This document shows, piece after piece, positions 30,950 through 42,273 of a stretch of 64,000 bases of DNA (position 1 is the stretch's first letter; each line of letters opens with the position of its first letter). Position numbers and translations under genes: made by a program. Origin of the DNA: an uncultured Methanomicrobiales archaeon (GTDB lineage: Archaea; Halobacteriota; Methanomicrobia; Methanomicrobiales; Methanospirillaceae); the NCBI GenBank assembly GCA_963697895.1, contig OY969100.1:1216001-1280000 (forward strand), written 5' to 3'. The notes under the pieces were generated by a model. That model was not told the origin of the DNA, made no database searches, and saw only the letters and a list, made by a program, of their open reading frames with translations.

Positions 30950-31410
30950 GGGAGCACCTCGTCGATCTTCTTCTTCAGCGGCATCGGGTTATGAACGGCT
31001 TTCACGGCGATCTTCTCGCAGGGGAACTCGATCTGGGCTGCCGTCTCCAGCGCGTGTTCGCCGTATACGACCGCGATGACAGACCCGGTGGAAAGCGCCT
31101 GGATGGTGGCGCCGTAGGTGATGCCGGCGTCGTTATGGATGAAGACGAAACAGAGGTCAAAGTCCCGCTTCTTCTCGGCCAGTTCCCCGATACACCGGTC
31201 CAGGTCTATCACTTCGCCGATGTAGTGCCGGTCGGGATCGGAGACCTCGACCAGTACCCGCGCCGACTGGTTCCCCGCGATGACCGGCTTCAATCCCTTC
31301 TTCTTGAGGGCACTCACCAGGTAGAGGGCGATACCGGTCTGGACCGGTACCTGCGGGCATCCGAGGACCAGCAGGGCGCTCCGCGGTTCTTCCCGTGCAG
31401 CTGCAGCCAT
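30928..31410 (-). CDS. DUF1890 family protein
   Basis: LGCPQVPVQ, SDPDRHY, FIHNDAG, HNPMPL. Confidence 0.85.
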   Translation of the reverse strand: MAAAAREEPRSALLVLGCPQVPVQTGIALYLVSALKKKGLKPVIAGNQSARVLVEVSDPDRHYIGEVIDLDRCIGELAEKKRDFDLCFVFIHNDAGITYGATIQALSTGSVIAVVYGEHALETAAQIEFPCEKIAVKAVHNPMPLKKKIDEVLPWVVSNL

Positions 31411-31556
31411 TGAATCACACACTCACTACTATATCGGGTTCCTCTTGCTTATGTCCTTCTCCTTTCCCTCCTGGGGGCTGTCCATCCCGTTAAAAGGTCA
31501 GATGGAGAGACCTATTTCATCCCGTACCAGACAAAGAAGGGATAATCCCCGAACCG

Positions 31557-32309
31557 TTATCCGGTCTCATCCATCCGGGTATACAGGTCGCGGACCCGCC
31601 CGGGATGTGTATACACCGTGAACCGCGGCCCCCGGGAGAAGCAGATAAGGGTGATCCCCGCCTCTCCCGCGACCGCGATCCCGCGGTCCGTCGAGGAGGC
31701 TCGCGAGATGACAATCGGGATGCCGGAATGGGCACATTTCCCGACCATCCCGGCGGGCTGCCTCCCGGTACACCCGACGATGCATGTCGCCCGGTCGATC
31801 CCGTGGAGGGCCGCGTACCCGACGACCTTGTCGATGGTGTTGTGTCGTCCGATATCGCTGCTCTTCACGACGAGTTCCTTCCCCGAGAAGAGGACCGAGC
31901 AGTGTACGCCCCCGGTCTTTCGCCAGAGATCGGATTCGATCTCCTGCGTGATCCGGTACACGTCGGTCTTTTCGATAGAGATCTCCGAATGCACCTTTCC
32001 GGGCGGGCGTTTCAGGCCGATGCACCCGGATGTCCGGAGCTCCGTCTCCATCGGGCCGTGCAGTTCCGCGGCCACCCGGATCTCATCGCCGGCGACCCGC
32101 ACGGATTCGATCTTTTTCGCCAGGCCTTCACAGATGACAAACCCTGCACCGAGCTCCTCCTTCTGGTCGTCGCTCGCGATCAGCTCAGAGAAGAACCGGT
32201 CGTTCAGGAACAGGCGGAACCGGGACTCGATCGCGATAGTGTCGTCGATCCCTACCGCAATCCCTTCACGGACCTGGATCCCCGGGTGATGGAAGAGGTT
32301 CATGTTCAT
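31557..32309 (-). CDS. fdhD: Formate dehydrogenase accessory sulfurtransferase FdhD
   Basis: ELGAGFVICEG, KTGGVH, DIGRHNTIDKVVG, GITLICF. Confidence 0.9.
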   Translation of the reverse strand: MNMNLFHHPGIQVREGIAVGIDDTIAIESRFRLFLNDRFFSELIASDDQKEELGAGFVICEGLAKKIESVRVAGDEIRVAAELHGPMETELRTSGCIGLKRPPGKVHSEISIEKTDVYRITQEIESDLWRKTGGVHCSVLFSGKELVVKSSDIGRHNTIDKVVGYAALHGIDRATCIVGCTGRQPAGMVGKCAHSGIPIVISRASSTDRGIAVAGEAGITLICFSRGPRFTVYTHPGRVRDLYTRMDETG

Positions 32310-32629
32310 GAGCTCTCTTCCCTGACCCACGAGAGATAGGGCTCGTACCCCCCGGTGATCGGGAGGACGATGATCTCCGGCAGTTCATAGCTGTGTACCG
32401 CCCGGATCGCCGCGATCAGGGGATCGACGTTCCCCCGGATGGTCTTTATGATCATCAGGTGCTCCTGCTCATCACAGAGTTCCCCCTTCCAGCGGTAACA
32501 GGACCGGACACCGGTGCAGTTCACGCAGGCGGCGAGGTGCCGCCCGACGACCTCCCGCGCGATTTCAGAGGCGTTCTCCGGTGCGGCCGTCGACAGGATC
32601 ACCACGGGATCGTTCGCATGCTCATGCAT
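32306..32629 (-). CDS. cutA: Divalent cation tolerance protein CutA
   Basis: HLAACVN, SCYRWKG, IKT, HSYELPEII, YLSWV. Confidence 0.92.
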   Translation of the reverse strand: MHEHANDPVVILSTAAPENASEIAREVVGRHLAACVNCTGVRSCYRWKGELCDEQEHLMIIKTIRGNVDPLIAAIRAVHSYELPEIIVLPITGGYEPYLSWVREESS

Positions 32630-32863
32630 TTTCGTCTCCTGCCAGTTGGTTGCATCCGCAGGGCAATAATCATATCCGGACAACGGCAGAGCCGGACGAT
32701 ACGGAATACCGGAACCTGAACGAGGGGATGGATCCCTGCAATCTCTCCCAGCGTCACAATACCCAAACCGGACCCTCATCACTTATTCCATCGGATTCGG
32801 GATTCACTTCTATTCACGCGCCGGTGTCACCTTAATGAGTCTCCGGATGCAATACCTACCCAC

Positions 32864-34012
32864 ATGTATGCTGACCGTATGGGCAATCTCCCGCCCTACC
32901 TGTTCGCCCGCATCGATGCGATGAAGGCCGAAAAGATCCGTCAGGACGTAGATGTGATCGACCTCGGCGTGGGGGACCCGGACCTTCCCACCCCGTCGCA
33001 TATCGTCGATTCACTCTGTGCAGCGGCCCGAGACCCGGCGAATCATCACTATCCCTCCTATGCCGGCATGGCAGAGTACCGTTCTGCGGTCTCCGGGTGG
33101 TACCGCTCGCGGTTCGGTGTCAGCCTGGACTCGGACCGGGAAGTGCTGGCTTTGATGGGGTCAAAGGACGGTATCGCCCACATCCCGGAGGCGTTTGTGA
33201 ACCCCGGGGACTACGTTCTCGTGCCGAGCCCCGGCTATCCGGTCTACCAGACCTCCACCCTGTTCTCGGAGGGAAGGATCTACGAGATGCCGCTCGAACC
33301 CGGCAACGAATTTATACCGCGGCTCGATCAGGTGCCGGATAAGGTGGCCGATGCGGCCAGGCTCCTGTTCCTGAACTACCCGAACAACCCGACATCCGCG
33401 ATCACCATCCCGGGGTTCTTTGCAGAGGCGGTCGAGTTCGCCCGTGACCACGATCTGGTCATCGTCCACGACAATGCCTACTCGGAGATCGCGTACGACG
33501 GGTATCGGGCGCCATCCTTCCTCGCGACCGATGGTGCCATGGAGGTCTCCATCGAGATGCACTCCCTCTCGAAGACCTATAATATGACCGGCTGGCGGAT
33601 CGGGATGGCCTGCGGGAATGCCGATATCATCGCCGGGCTCGGGCGGGTGAAGACGAACGTGGACTCCGGGGTCTTCAACGCGGTGCAGAAGGCGGCCGTC
33701 ACGGCCCTTTCGGGCCCGCAGGACTGTGTCCGGGAGGCCTGTGCGGTCTACGAACACCGGCGGAACGTGCTCGTGAACGGTCTCCGGGAACTGGGATTTC
33801 CCGTCGAAGCCCCGAAGGCGACCTTCTACGTCTGGATGCCGGTCGATAACAGCATCTCCTTTGCAACGCGGATGCTCGACGAGGCCGGGATCGTGGTCAC
33901 CCCGGGCGTCGGGTTCGGGCGTGCAGGGGAAGGATATGTCCGGTTTGCACTGACCCGGCCGGCCGAACGGATCGCGGAGGCGATCGAGCGGATGCGGGTG
34001 ATGGTGCAATGA
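32864..34012 (+). CDS. dapL: LL-diaminopimelate aminotransferase
   Basis: LPPYLFA, DLGVGDPD, GSKDGIAH, NYPNNPT, SLSKTYNMTGWRIG; directly upstream of lysA. Confidence 0.85.
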   Translation: MYADRMGNLPPYLFARIDAMKAEKIRQDVDVIDLGVGDPDLPTPSHIVDSLCAAARDPANHHYPSYAGMAEYRSAVSGWYRSRFGVSLDSDREVLALMGSKDGIAHIPEAFVNPGDYVLVPSPGYPVYQTSTLFSEGRIYEMPLEPGNEFIPRLDQVPDKVADAARLLFLNYPNNPTSAITIPGFFAEAVEFARDHDLVIVHDNAYSEIAYDGYRAPSFLATDGAMEVSIEMHSLSKTYNMTGWRIGMACGNADIIAGLGRVKTNVDSGVFNAVQKAAVTALSGPQDCVREACAVYEHRRNVLVNGLRELGFPVEAPKATFYVWMPVDNSISFATRMLDEAGIVVTPGVGFGRAGEGYVRFALTRPAERIAEAIERMRVMVQ

Positions 34013-35301
34013 ACCTTCCCCCGCACCTTTCCGTCTCGGGGGGCCACCTCTGCATCGGCGGACATGATACGGTCAGGCTCGTCTCGCGGTTCGGAAGCCC
34101 GCTTTACGTGACGGACCAGCAGCGGCTCCTCGATGCCTACCGGGCCTGGGTGGGTGCACTTACGAGCCGGTACCGGAAGAGCCGGGTGCTCTATGCGGCG
34201 AAGGCGAACGGGAATGCCGCAATTCTTCGTGCTTTTGCCGGAGAGGGGGCAGGAGCGGACGTCTTCTCATCCGGGGAACTCCGGCTTGCGCGGGAAGCCG
34301 GCATGAATCCCCGCCATCTTCTCTTCAACGGGAGCTCCAAGAGCCCCGCAGACCTGGCCTTCGCGGTGGAGGAGGGGGTTCCGGTATCGGTCGATTCCCT
34401 GGACGAACTGCACCAGCTCGATGCCATTGCCCGGAAGGCGGATAGGTGTGCGGAAATTTCGTTCCGGGTCAACCCGGAGATGGATGTTCCCACGCACCCG
34501 AAGATCGCGACGGGTCTCGCGACGAGCAAATTCGGGATCGCCCACGAGCGGATCCCGGCCGCCTACCGGGAGGCAATCGGGTGTTCCCACGTGAAGCCGA
34601 TCGGGGTCCACTGCCATATCGGGTCGCAGATCCTGGAGATCGAGCCCTTCGTCCATGCCGCCCGGGTCATGGTGCGTATCGCACGCGAGCTGACGGAACT
34701 GGGGGTGGAACTGGAGTTCATCGACCTCGGAGGCGGGCTCGGCATTGCGTATCGCCATGGGATCGACATTGCACCGACCCCTGGTGAATATGCGGCGGAG
34801 GTCGTCCCGGTCTTCCTCGAGGGGATCGAGGAATGCGGGATCAGCCCGGAACTCTGGGTCGAGCCGGGAAGGTCCCTCGTTGGAGACTCAACGATCCTCC
34901 TTACCACCGTCAATTCGGTCAAACCTGCCCACAAGACGTTCGTGAACGTGGATGCCGGGTTCAATCTTCTCATCCGGCCGGTGATGTATGATGCCTATCA
35001 CGAGGTGCTGGTCGCCAGCCGGGGGGACGAACCTGCTACCGGGGTGTACACGATCGCCGGACCAATCTGCGAGACCGGCGACCTCCTCGCCCGTGATCGA
35101 TTGCTCCCGCAGGTGCAGGCCGGAGACCTTATAGCGGTGCTCGATGCCGGCGCATATGGGTTTGCGATGTCATCCCAGTACAACAGCAGGCCCCGGTGTG
35201 CGGAATGCCTGGTGAACGGTTCCGAGGCGGTGCTGATGCGACGTGCCGAAGATCTCTCCGACATCACCGCCCCCATGCAGCAACCCCCCTGGCAGCGCTA
35301 A
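34009..35301 (+). CDS. lysA: Diaminopimelate decarboxylase
   Basis: YAAKAN, SKFGI, HCHIGSQ, DLGGG, EPGR, GPICETGD, GAYG..MSSQYN. Confidence 0.95.
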   Translation: MNLPPHLSVSGGHLCIGGHDTVRLVSRFGSPLYVTDQQRLLDAYRAWVGALTSRYRKSRVLYAAKANGNAAILRAFAGEGAGADVFSSGELRLAREAGMNPRHLLFNGSSKSPADLAFAVEEGVPVSVDSLDELHQLDAIARKADRCAEISFRVNPEMDVPTHPKIATGLATSKFGIAHERIPAAYREAIGCSHVKPIGVHCHIGSQILEIEPFVHAARVMVRIARELTELGVELEFIDLGGGLGIAYRHGIDIAPTPGEYAAEVVPVFLEGIEECGISPELWVEPGRSLVGDSTILLTTVNSVKPAHKTFVNVDAGFNLLIRPVMYDAYHEVLVASRGDEPATGVYTIAGPICETGDLLARDRLLPQVQAGDLIAVLDAGAYGFAMSSQYNSRPRCAECLVNGSEAVLMRRAEDLSDITAPMQQPPWQR

Positions 35302-35313
35302 AGGTGATCCGGT

Positions 35314-36612
35314 GTGCAGTTTCACTACGCCCTCGTCGATGACCTCATCACCCGGGATGAATTTGACCGCCGGGTCGAGGAGAAGATCGCGTCCTGTGGC
35401 GACCTTGTCGATGATCTGACTGCCGCGATCCTGGTGGTGCAGGAATGCGGGCGCCACCACGTAAAAATCAGCGGCCTGTCGGCGAAATCGAGCCTTTTTT
35501 CATTCTTCGGCAAGGTGATCGGCAAACAACCGCTGAAGGAGTTCACCCGGGCGGACGGGGAGAAGGGGATTGTCGGGACCCTTGTGGTCGGGGACGAGAC
35601 CGGAGTGGTGAACGTCGTGCTCTGGGACGAGAAGGCGATGGCGCTCGAGGAGATCTCCTGCGGCGAGGTCCTCGAGATCATCGGCCGCCACCCGGGGAAG
35701 GGGCCTGCAAAAGACATCTATGTGCTTGCCCTCAGGAAGGTGGACTGCGAGATCTCCTGCGATGCCACCGGCGGAACTCCGGCGCCGGAACGGGTAACGA
35801 TTACCGCGATCCTCATTGCAGCGGAGGAACCGCGGACGTACACCCGCCGGGACGGGAACCCCGGCGAGATGCTCCCGGCCCTGATCGGCAACGAAGAGGG
35901 CTCTTCCCGGCTCGTGGCCTGGGTTCCCGGACTGCTCGCTTCCTTCGAGCCCGGCACCTGCCTCCGGATCACCGGTGCACTCGTAAAAGAACGGGAGCAG
36001 GGAAAAGAGTTCAGTATCGATGATAAGAGCACCGTCACCCTTTCGGAAGAGCCGGTCGCATTCTCGTTTTCACCGATCGGTGTGGTCGGAGACACGGGGA
36101 TATACTCGGTTCGGGGAAACGTGAAGTGGTGCGAACCACCCCGTTCATTTGTCACCCGGAACAAAACCCGGTCATGGGTGCGGAACATGGCAATCGCAGA
36201 CAGGAGCGGCGAGATCCGGGCGGTGCTCTGGGGAGAACGGGCCCTCCAGCCGCTCGTCCCCGGAGATCCGGTCACGATATATCATGCATCCGTAAAACAG
36301 GGTCGTTTGGGGGGGAACGAGCTGCAGATCAGCTGGGGAAGCGTCTTCGAGGTGAATACCCCGCCCGGCGGGGAACCGATCACGTTCGAAGGGACGGTAA
36401 TGGTCACCCGTTCCGGCACGTTCATCGATGACGGGACGACCTGGTATCTCGTCGTCGATGCCGAACTGCCCAACGGCCGGGACGTCCGCGTGGAAGGGAC
36501 AGTATCGGGGAAGAGGCTCACGGTACGGAATGTCGAGGCGATAGAACACGATCCTGCAGAACTCATCCGCCAGATAGACCAGTTCCTGCAGGAGCTCTCC
36601 GGCCAGCAGTAA
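35314..36612 (+). CDS. rpa: Replication protein A / OB-fold ssDNA-binding protein
   Basis: Repeated OB folds ([21 protein letters not shown]; [14 protein letters not shown]); adjacent to radA. Confidence 0.8.
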   Translation: MQFHYALVDDLITRDEFDRRVEEKIASCGDLVDDLTAAILVVQECGRHHVKISGLSAKSSLFSFFGKVIGKQPLKEFTRADGEKGIVGTLVVGDETGVVNVVLWDEKAMALEEISCGEVLEIIGRHPGKGPAKDIYVLALRKVDCEISCDATGGTPAPERVTITAILIAAEEPRTYTRRDGNPGEMLPALIGNEEGSSRLVAWVPGLLASFEPGTCLRITGALVKEREQGKEFSIDDKSTVTLSEEPVAFSFSPIGVVGDTGIYSVRGNVKWCEPPRSFVTRNKTRSWVRNMAIADRSGEIRAVLWGERALQPLVPGDPVTIYHASVKQGRLGGNELQISWGSVFEVNTPPGGEPITFEGTVMVTRSGTFIDDGTTWYLVVDAELPNGRDVRVEGTVSGKRLTVRNVEAIEHDPAELIRQIDQFLQELSGQQ

Positions 36613-36688
36613 GAACAATACTTTCACGCTGCATGGCGGACAACCTATATGGTACAGGGCGAGGTTGATGGCAGAGAGGTACAATTAC

Positions 36689-37663
36689 ATGAGCGCAGGA
36701 CCAGTTGAACTGGAAGACCTCCCCGGCGTCGGCCCGAGCACGGCTGAAAAGCTCCGTGAGGCAGGATTTGTCACTGTTGAAAGCATCGCCACCGCATCCG
36801 CGGTCGATCTGGCGGAGACCGCCGAGATCGGCGAGTCCGTGGCAAAGAAGATGATCAAGGCCGCCCGCGAGATGGTGGATATCGGGGGATTCAAGACCGG
36901 AAAGGACGTCTTCGAACAGCGGAAAGAGGTCCGGAAACTGAAGACCCTCGTCCCGGAGTTCGATGCCCTTCTCGGGGGAGGAATCGAGACCCAGGCGATC
37001 ACCGAGTTATATGGAGAGTTCGGGTCCGGTAAGAGCCAGATCGTCCACCAGATGGCCGTCAACGTGCAGCTCCCCGAAGAAGAGGGCGGGCTCTCCGGCA
37101 GCGCCATCTACATCGATACAGAGAACACCTTCCGTCCGGAGCGTATCGAGCAGATGGTCAACGGTCTCGGTATCGCGGATGCCGACCCACAGGAGTTCCT
37201 CAAGAATATCCATGTGGCCCGGGCCCATACCTCGGACCACCAGATGCTCCTCGTCGAGACCGCACGGGAGCGGGCGGCCGACCTGCGGGAGAGCGACCGG
37301 CCGGTCCGGATATTCATCATCGACTCTCTGACCGCACATTTCCGGGCAGAGTACGCCGGCCGGGGTACCCTGGCAACGCGGCAGCAGAAGCTGAACCGGC
37401 ACATGCACGACCTGTTCAAGCTCGTCGACGAGAACAACGCCGTCGCTCTCGTGACCAACCAGGTGATGTCCAACCCGGCGGTCTTCTTCGGCGATCCCAC
37501 CAAACCGATCGGAGGGAATATCGTGGGCCATACCGCGACGTTCCGGCTCTATCTCAGGAAGAGCAAGGGTGGAAAGCGGGTTGCCCGTCTCGTGGACAGC
37601 CCGAACCTCCCCGAGGGAGAGGCGGCATTCATGGTCGAGGAGGCGGGTCTCAAACCGTGCTGA
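36689..37663 (+). CDS. radA: DNA repair and recombination protein RadA
   Basis: [45 protein letters not shown]. Confidence 0.97.
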   Translation: MSAGPVELEDLPGVGPSTAEKLREAGFVTVESIATASAVDLAETAEIGESVAKKMIKAAREMVDIGGFKTGKDVFEQRKEVRKLKTLVPEFDALLGGGIETQAITELYGEFGSGKSQIVHQMAVNVQLPEEEGGLSGSAIYIDTENTFRPERIEQMVNGLGIADADPQEFLKNIHVARAHTSDHQMLLVETARERAADLRESDRPVRIFIIDSLTAHFRAEYAGRGTLATRQQKLNRHMHDLFKLVDENNAVALVTNQVMSNPAVFFGDPTKPIGGNIVGHTATFRLYLRKSKGGKRVARLVDSPNLPEGEAAFMVEEAGLKPC

Positions 37664-38355
37664 AGGCACTCCTGACAGACGTGGACGGCACCATCACGGA
37701 TCGGCACCGGCGGATCAGCACGGAGGCGATCGGCGTGATGCGTGAACTCGTGGACAGGGGTGTCGAGGTCGTACTGGCAAGTGGGAATACCGCCTGTTTC
37801 ATGGATGCGGCCTGCCGGCTGGTAGGCACCCCGGGATCCTTCATCGGGGAGAACGGGGGTGTCCACCGGGTCGGATATACCGGCCAGCTCTCCATTCACG
37901 GGGACCCGACCTCTCCGCGGGCTGCATTGGAGACATTGACCGCCCATTTCCGGGAGAAGGGGATCGAACTCGACCTCTACAGCCCCCAGTACCGGTTTGT
38001 CGATGTTGCGTTCGCCCGGACGGTCTCTCCCGACGAGGTCAGGGAGGTGGTCCGGTCGTTCCCGGTGAAGGTCCTGGATACCGGGTTTGCGATACACCTG
38101 CACCCGGACGGCCTGAACAAAGGGACCGCATTCAGGGATCTCGCCCGGGACATGGGCCTTTCCCCATCCGATTTCCTGGCGATCGGGGATGCCATGAACG
38201 ACCGGGAGATCATCACCGCTGCGGGAATCGGCGTCACCGTTGCCAATGCCCCGCCGGAGTTGCAATCCTCGGCGGAATGGGTGTCGGAAAAAAAGTATGG
38301 CGATGGATTTATCGATGCGATTCGCCGGTACGAATCCTATTTTCTCGAGAGATAA
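37657..38355 (+). CDS. Phosphoglycolate phosphatase, archaeal HAD type
   Basis: [25 protein letters not shown]. Confidence 0.88.
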   Translation: MLKALLTDVDGTITDRHRRISTEAIGVMRELVDRGVEVVLASGNTACFMDAACRLVGTPGSFIGENGGVHRVGYTGQLSIHGDPTSPRAALETLTAHFREKGIELDLYSPQYRFVDVAFARTVSPDEVREVVRSFPVKVLDTGFAIHLHPDGLNKGTAFRDLARDMGLSPSDFLAIGDAMNDREIITAAGIGVTVANAPPELQSSAEWVSEKKYGDGFIDAIRRYESYFLER

Positions 38356-38588
38356 CGGTCGACGATGATATAATCCTTGATATCCTTGACCGCCTCGAAG
38401 TTGATGAAAAGCCGGTCGCCCTCGACCCGGTACCCCGCGGTATCGAACGACGGATCCGGGTACACGACCAGATCGATCACCTGCCCGGTATCAAAATCGA
38501 CGATGATATTCCGGAGTGAACCGATTACTTTCCCCTCATTGGTGATGATTTTCTTTTTTGAGAGGCTGCGGGCCAAGGTTTTTGTCAT
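38337..38588 (-). CDS. PRC-barrel domain protein
   Basis: LSKKKIITNEGKVIG.L.NI.VDFDTG...AVKDIKDYIIV. Confidence 0.85.
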   Translation of the reverse strand: MTKTLARSLSKKKIITNEGKVIGSLRNIIVDFDTGQVIDLVVYPDPSFDTAGYRVEGDRLFINFEAVKDIKDYIIVDRYLSRK

Positions 38589-38683
38589 AACAGAACTGTT
38601 GAGCTGTTCATATTTAAAGCTGTGCCGGTCAGTCTCTCACGAATCCCGGCCCGGATTGTTCCGCGATAGGAACCAGTACATGG

Positions 38684-38893
38684 TCACCTGAGTATCTCCG
38701 CCGCCATCCGGATATCGTGGGCGGTGACGGTCTTCCGGCCGGCATGGGATGCCAGCTTGATCGCTTCTTTTGCAACGGACTCTCCATACGATTCCATGAG
38801 GGCTGCAAGGGCATCCCCTGCATCCGCACCGATCCGGTCTGCACCGGATCTCCTGATCAGCCGCATAACGGGAGCTATCGGTAAGTCAGTCAA
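38684..38893 (-). CDS. Archaeal histone (HMf family)
   Basis: LPIAPVMRLIRRSGADRIG...LASHAGRKTVTAHDIRMA; TTG start. Confidence 0.92.
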   Translation of the reverse strand: MTDLPIAPVMRLIRRSGADRIGADAGDALAALMESYGESVAKEAIKLASHAGRKTVTAHDIRMAAEILR

Positions 38894-39131
38894 ACGTAAT
38901 CACTCCATCATCCCGGGAAGTCTGGAAATGGCATTTCTCCCCGCACGATTCTCCCGCGATCCCGGTTGTAAGTACCGAAGTTCCGGGAGAGATCGGGTCC
39001 AGGCACTTTCCACCCCGTGGTCAGGAAAAGTTCGCCCATATCCGATAAAAATCTTGTCAAATGAAGTTTTTTATGGAGAAATCGATGAAAAACTGTACCG
39101 GAGAGAAAATCCGCTCTTGTGGGTAACGTGA

Positions 39132-40010
39132 TCAGAGCGAGGGAAATACCCGGATGATATCCGAATGGGTGAGGATGCCGACAGGCCGGTCCCCTTCCAT
39201 CACGACCAGACGCCCGATCTCCCGCTCCTTGAACCGGCGTATAACCTCATAGAGGTGGACATCAGATTGCACCTGAACCACATCCGCCGTCATGACCCTT
39301 GAGACGGGTATATCGAACGCGAGTCCCTCCTCGATCGCCCGGGCGATGTCACTCATCGTGACGATCCCGATCAGTTTCCCCTGGTCCATCACCGGCGCCC
39401 CGTGGATGTGGCGGTTGTTGAAGAGGTGCAGGGCCTGCCCGATCGTCTCCGTGGCTTCGAGGGTGATCAGCGGACTCTGCATATAGTACCGGATCGGTTT
39501 CTTCGGGAGAGAGATCATCTCGTAGGTCGAGATCAGAATCGCCTGTTTCACCTCGTCCTTGCCGTAGACCTCTCCCCGTATGAGGAGCTTGTTGACCGGC
39601 GTCGGGCCGATCGTGATCTGGTCACCGATCTCGAAGAGCCTGACGCTCCCGATCACCTTCACCTCCGCGTGACAGACATCCGGATGGCAGAGGGTGGTGA
39701 AGGCGATCTCTGCGACCTTAACGCCCTTCATCACCACTCCGCCCCGGGAGATCTCCACCTCGTACTCCTTTTCGGAACTGTTCAGGTTGAGTACCTTGTA
39801 CGCCAGTGCTGTCGGGTTGTACCCGCCTTTGGGCCCCGGCACCCCGTCCACGAGCCCGATCGCCTTCAGGGCCTGCATCTGGTTTCGGACGGTCCCCGGG
39901 TTCCGCCTGATCACATCGGCGATCTCCTCTCCCTTGATCGGTTGCGAATGCTGGTGGTACAGCGTGATCAGGGTAATCAGGATATCCTTCTGGATCAGGG
40001 ATAAATCCAT
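39132..40010 (-). CDS. HrcA-like wHTH plus CBS-pair protein
   Basis: IKGEEIA...NPGTVRNQMQALKAIGLVDGVPGPKGGY followed by two CBS domains. Confidence 0.85.
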   Translation of the reverse strand: MDLSLIQKDILITLITLYHQHSQPIKGEEIADVIRRNPGTVRNQMQALKAIGLVDGVPGPKGGYNPTALAYKVLNLNSSEKEYEVEISRGGVVMKGVKVAEIAFTTLCHPDVCHAEVKVIGSVRLFEIGDQITIGPTPVNKLLIRGEVYGKDEVKQAILISTYEMISLPKKPIRYYMQSPLITLEATETIGQALHLFNNRHIHGAPVMDQGKLIGIVTMSDIARAIEEGLAFDIPVSRVMTADVVQVQSDVHLYEVIRRFKEREIGRLVVMEGDRPVGILTHSDIIRVFPSL

Positions 40011-40058
40011 AACGATTAATCATATGGAATTACATATATATATTCGGTTAGACTTTTC

Positions 40059-41037
40059 GTGGAGTTTGAGAAGATTCCGACTGTGCCCACAGCGGATGAG
40101 ATCCTGGACCGCAGTTTCCGGAGAGCTGCGGCAAAGATGAAGGAGAAGAGGAACAAGGACCGTGCGAATCAGGATTTTGTGCGGTCGGTCCATGCCGCGG
40201 TGCACGATCGGCTCGTTCGTATCATCCAGTCCTTCCCCGAGTTCGAATCGCTGCCTCCGTTCTATCGCGACGTCGTTGAGATCCTCTACGGGATCGACCG
40301 GATGAAGAAGGCGCTCGGAGCGGTCGGATGGGCGGCCCGCTGGTCCCGGACGCACGGCCCCGGCCTGATCTACCAGACACGGAAGGCAGACGACCCGTCG
40401 ATCATCCGCCGCCGGTCCGTCGCCCGGCTCTCCTCGGTCGTCCACCAGATCGACGGCGAGCTCCGGTTTCTCAACGATGTCCGGAACGTGCTCCGGAAAC
40501 TCCCGCATGTGGAGGACGTCTTCACGGTGGTGATCGGCGGATATCCGAACGTCGGAAAATCGTCCTTCATCCGGCTCGTCTCCACTGCGGACCCGCAGGT
40601 AGCATCGTACCCGTTCACGACTAAGGGGATTATCGTCGGTCACCGGTTCATCAACCGCGAGCGGATGCAGTTCATCGATACCCCCGGGATCCTTGACCGG
40701 CCCGGAGAAGACCGGAACCCGATCGAACGACAGGCGCTGAACGCGATCGTCCACCTCGCAGACCTCCTCCTGTTCATCCTCGACGCAAGCGAACAGTGCG
40801 GATACCCTCTGGCGGACTCAGCTCCGGCTGCTCGACGAGCTGCAGGCGTCACTGGATATCCCCATCCTCGTGGTGGTGAACAAGGCCGATATCATGCCGT
40901 ACGAGGGATACCTGAACATATCGACAGCGATGGGTACCGGCATCGATGAGGTCCTCTCGATCATCGCCTGTTCCCGGGAAAAACAGGGACCCGGGGTTAC
41001 ATCAGCCCTATCAGATACCCGATCAGAAAACCGGTGA
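40059..41037 (+). CDS. NOG1 family GTP-binding protein, frameshifted at ~40818
   Basis: GYPNVGKSS, YPFTT, DTPGILDR; the G4 motif VVNKAD is in the shifted frame, which ends at TGA 41035-41037. Confidence 0.88.
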
Positions 41038-41884
41038 TCGCTCCGCCGTTGATGGGGGGAAGCCCCGCCTGGGGTCTGCCACGGACGACATAGGTGAGAA
41101 GGACGATCACGCCGGCGACCGATCCGATGATCGCCCCGAGTGCCGCCGTATTGAGGAAGCCCAACTTTCCTGTCTGGATAAAAATGTTCGCCGACACCAC
41201 CAGAATCGAGGGCATGATAAGATCCCCCATCCCCATGATGAATGCACCCCGTTCCTCTCCTTCCCCGATCCGGCCGATCCCCTCCTTTACGTAGGAATAC
41301 GATTTCTTTTTCGGTATTACAAAGAGGATCGGCGTTTTCAGGTCTATCACCCCCTCGGCAAGGGTAATCATGTGTTTTGTCTTGTAGACCGAGATCGCGT
41401 CGTAAACTGCGAGGATTACCAGGAGGATGATTACGGGAAGGACATCGAGCGAGACCCCGAAGATCGAGGCGGCCCCGGCGGCGATCAGGATACCGAGGGT
41501 ATCGATCACGTACCACTCCGGGTATCTGTACAGGACAATGGTCGCACCGATCGCGAGGGCGAACGTCAGGATCGTTCCGATCAGCTCGTCCGGGACGAGG
41601 ACGAACGTGATCGCGGCGAAGATATAGATAAACGTGAAGAATATCGAGACCGCGATGATGATCCCCATGATACGCATAAACTTGAACCGGATCAGGAGGA
41701 GCAGGAGGACGGTGAATGCGAGGAGGATCGCGATGAATATGAGCGGGTTGAAGATCGATTCGGGGTTCGGGAACGCAACAATTCCCGCCTGCTGCACGGG
41801 GAGAGAGAGAAGGAGCGCCACGATCTCGACGATAACAAGCATGATCGGCATGCCGGCGAGCGGGAGGAGCCGCTTCAGATCCAT
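40997..41884 (-). CDS. Presenilin family intramembrane aspartyl protease (PSH)
   Basis: LAVYDAISV, MGMGDL (GxGD) and QAGLP motifs; multi-TM. Confidence 0.92.
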   Translation of the reverse strand: MDLKRLLPLAGMPIMLVIVEIVALLLSLPVQQAGIVAFPNPESIFNPLIFIAILLAFTVLLLLLIRFKFMRIMGIIIAVSIFFTFIYIFAAITFVLVPDELIGTILTFALAIGATIVLYRYPEWYVIDTLGILIAAGAASIFGVSLDVLPVIILLVILAVYDAISVYKTKHMITLAEGVIDLKTPILFVIPKKKSYSYVKEGIGRIGEGEERGAFIMGMGDLIMPSILVVSANIFIQTGKLGFLNTAALGAIIGSVAGVIVLLTYVVRGRPQAGLPPINGGAITGFLIGYLIGLM

Positions 41885-41941
41885 GGGATAACTCCGCGGG
41901 TCATAGTTAGATTAATGAATATGTTCTCATCATCTAAAAGC

Positions 41942-42256
41942 ATGGAGATACGGGAATTCACAGGAGACATCATCCTGGTAATCGTTTCGGTGATATCGGC
42001 CGTGGTGCTGGTACTCCTGCTGCGATCCGATCCGGTCATCGCGACCGCCGCCGGGGTTCTCATGGTCGCGATAGGCGGCCTCTTCCTCTCGCTGCACCGG
42101 AAGATCCGGATCATGGAGAAGAACATCTACAACCGGGAACGGATGACCCGCGTCAACCTGGAAGAGATCGCGACAAAGATGTCCCATAAATACGACGCGA
42201 CGATGGATCATATCGATGAAGTCGTCCAGGAATTTTCAAAAAGGGTCTATCGCTGA
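41942..42256 (+). CDS. Hypothetical membrane protein (2 TM plus coiled coil)
   Basis: MEIREFTGDIILVIVS...; 3' end of ORF 40946..42256, directly upstream of fen. Confidence 0.7.
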   Translation: MEIREFTGDIILVIVSVISAVVLVLLLRSDPVIATAAGVLMVAIGGLFLSLHRKIRIMEKNIYNRERMTRVNLEEIATKMSHKYDATMDHIDEVVQEFSKRVYR

Positions 42257-42273
42257 CGTAAACGGGGAGGAGC

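Noticed and set aside
40946-41941. 436-aa ORF 40946..42256 as one gene
   Set aside because: The first ~330 codons are antisense to the presenilin homologue; only the last 104 codons look coding.
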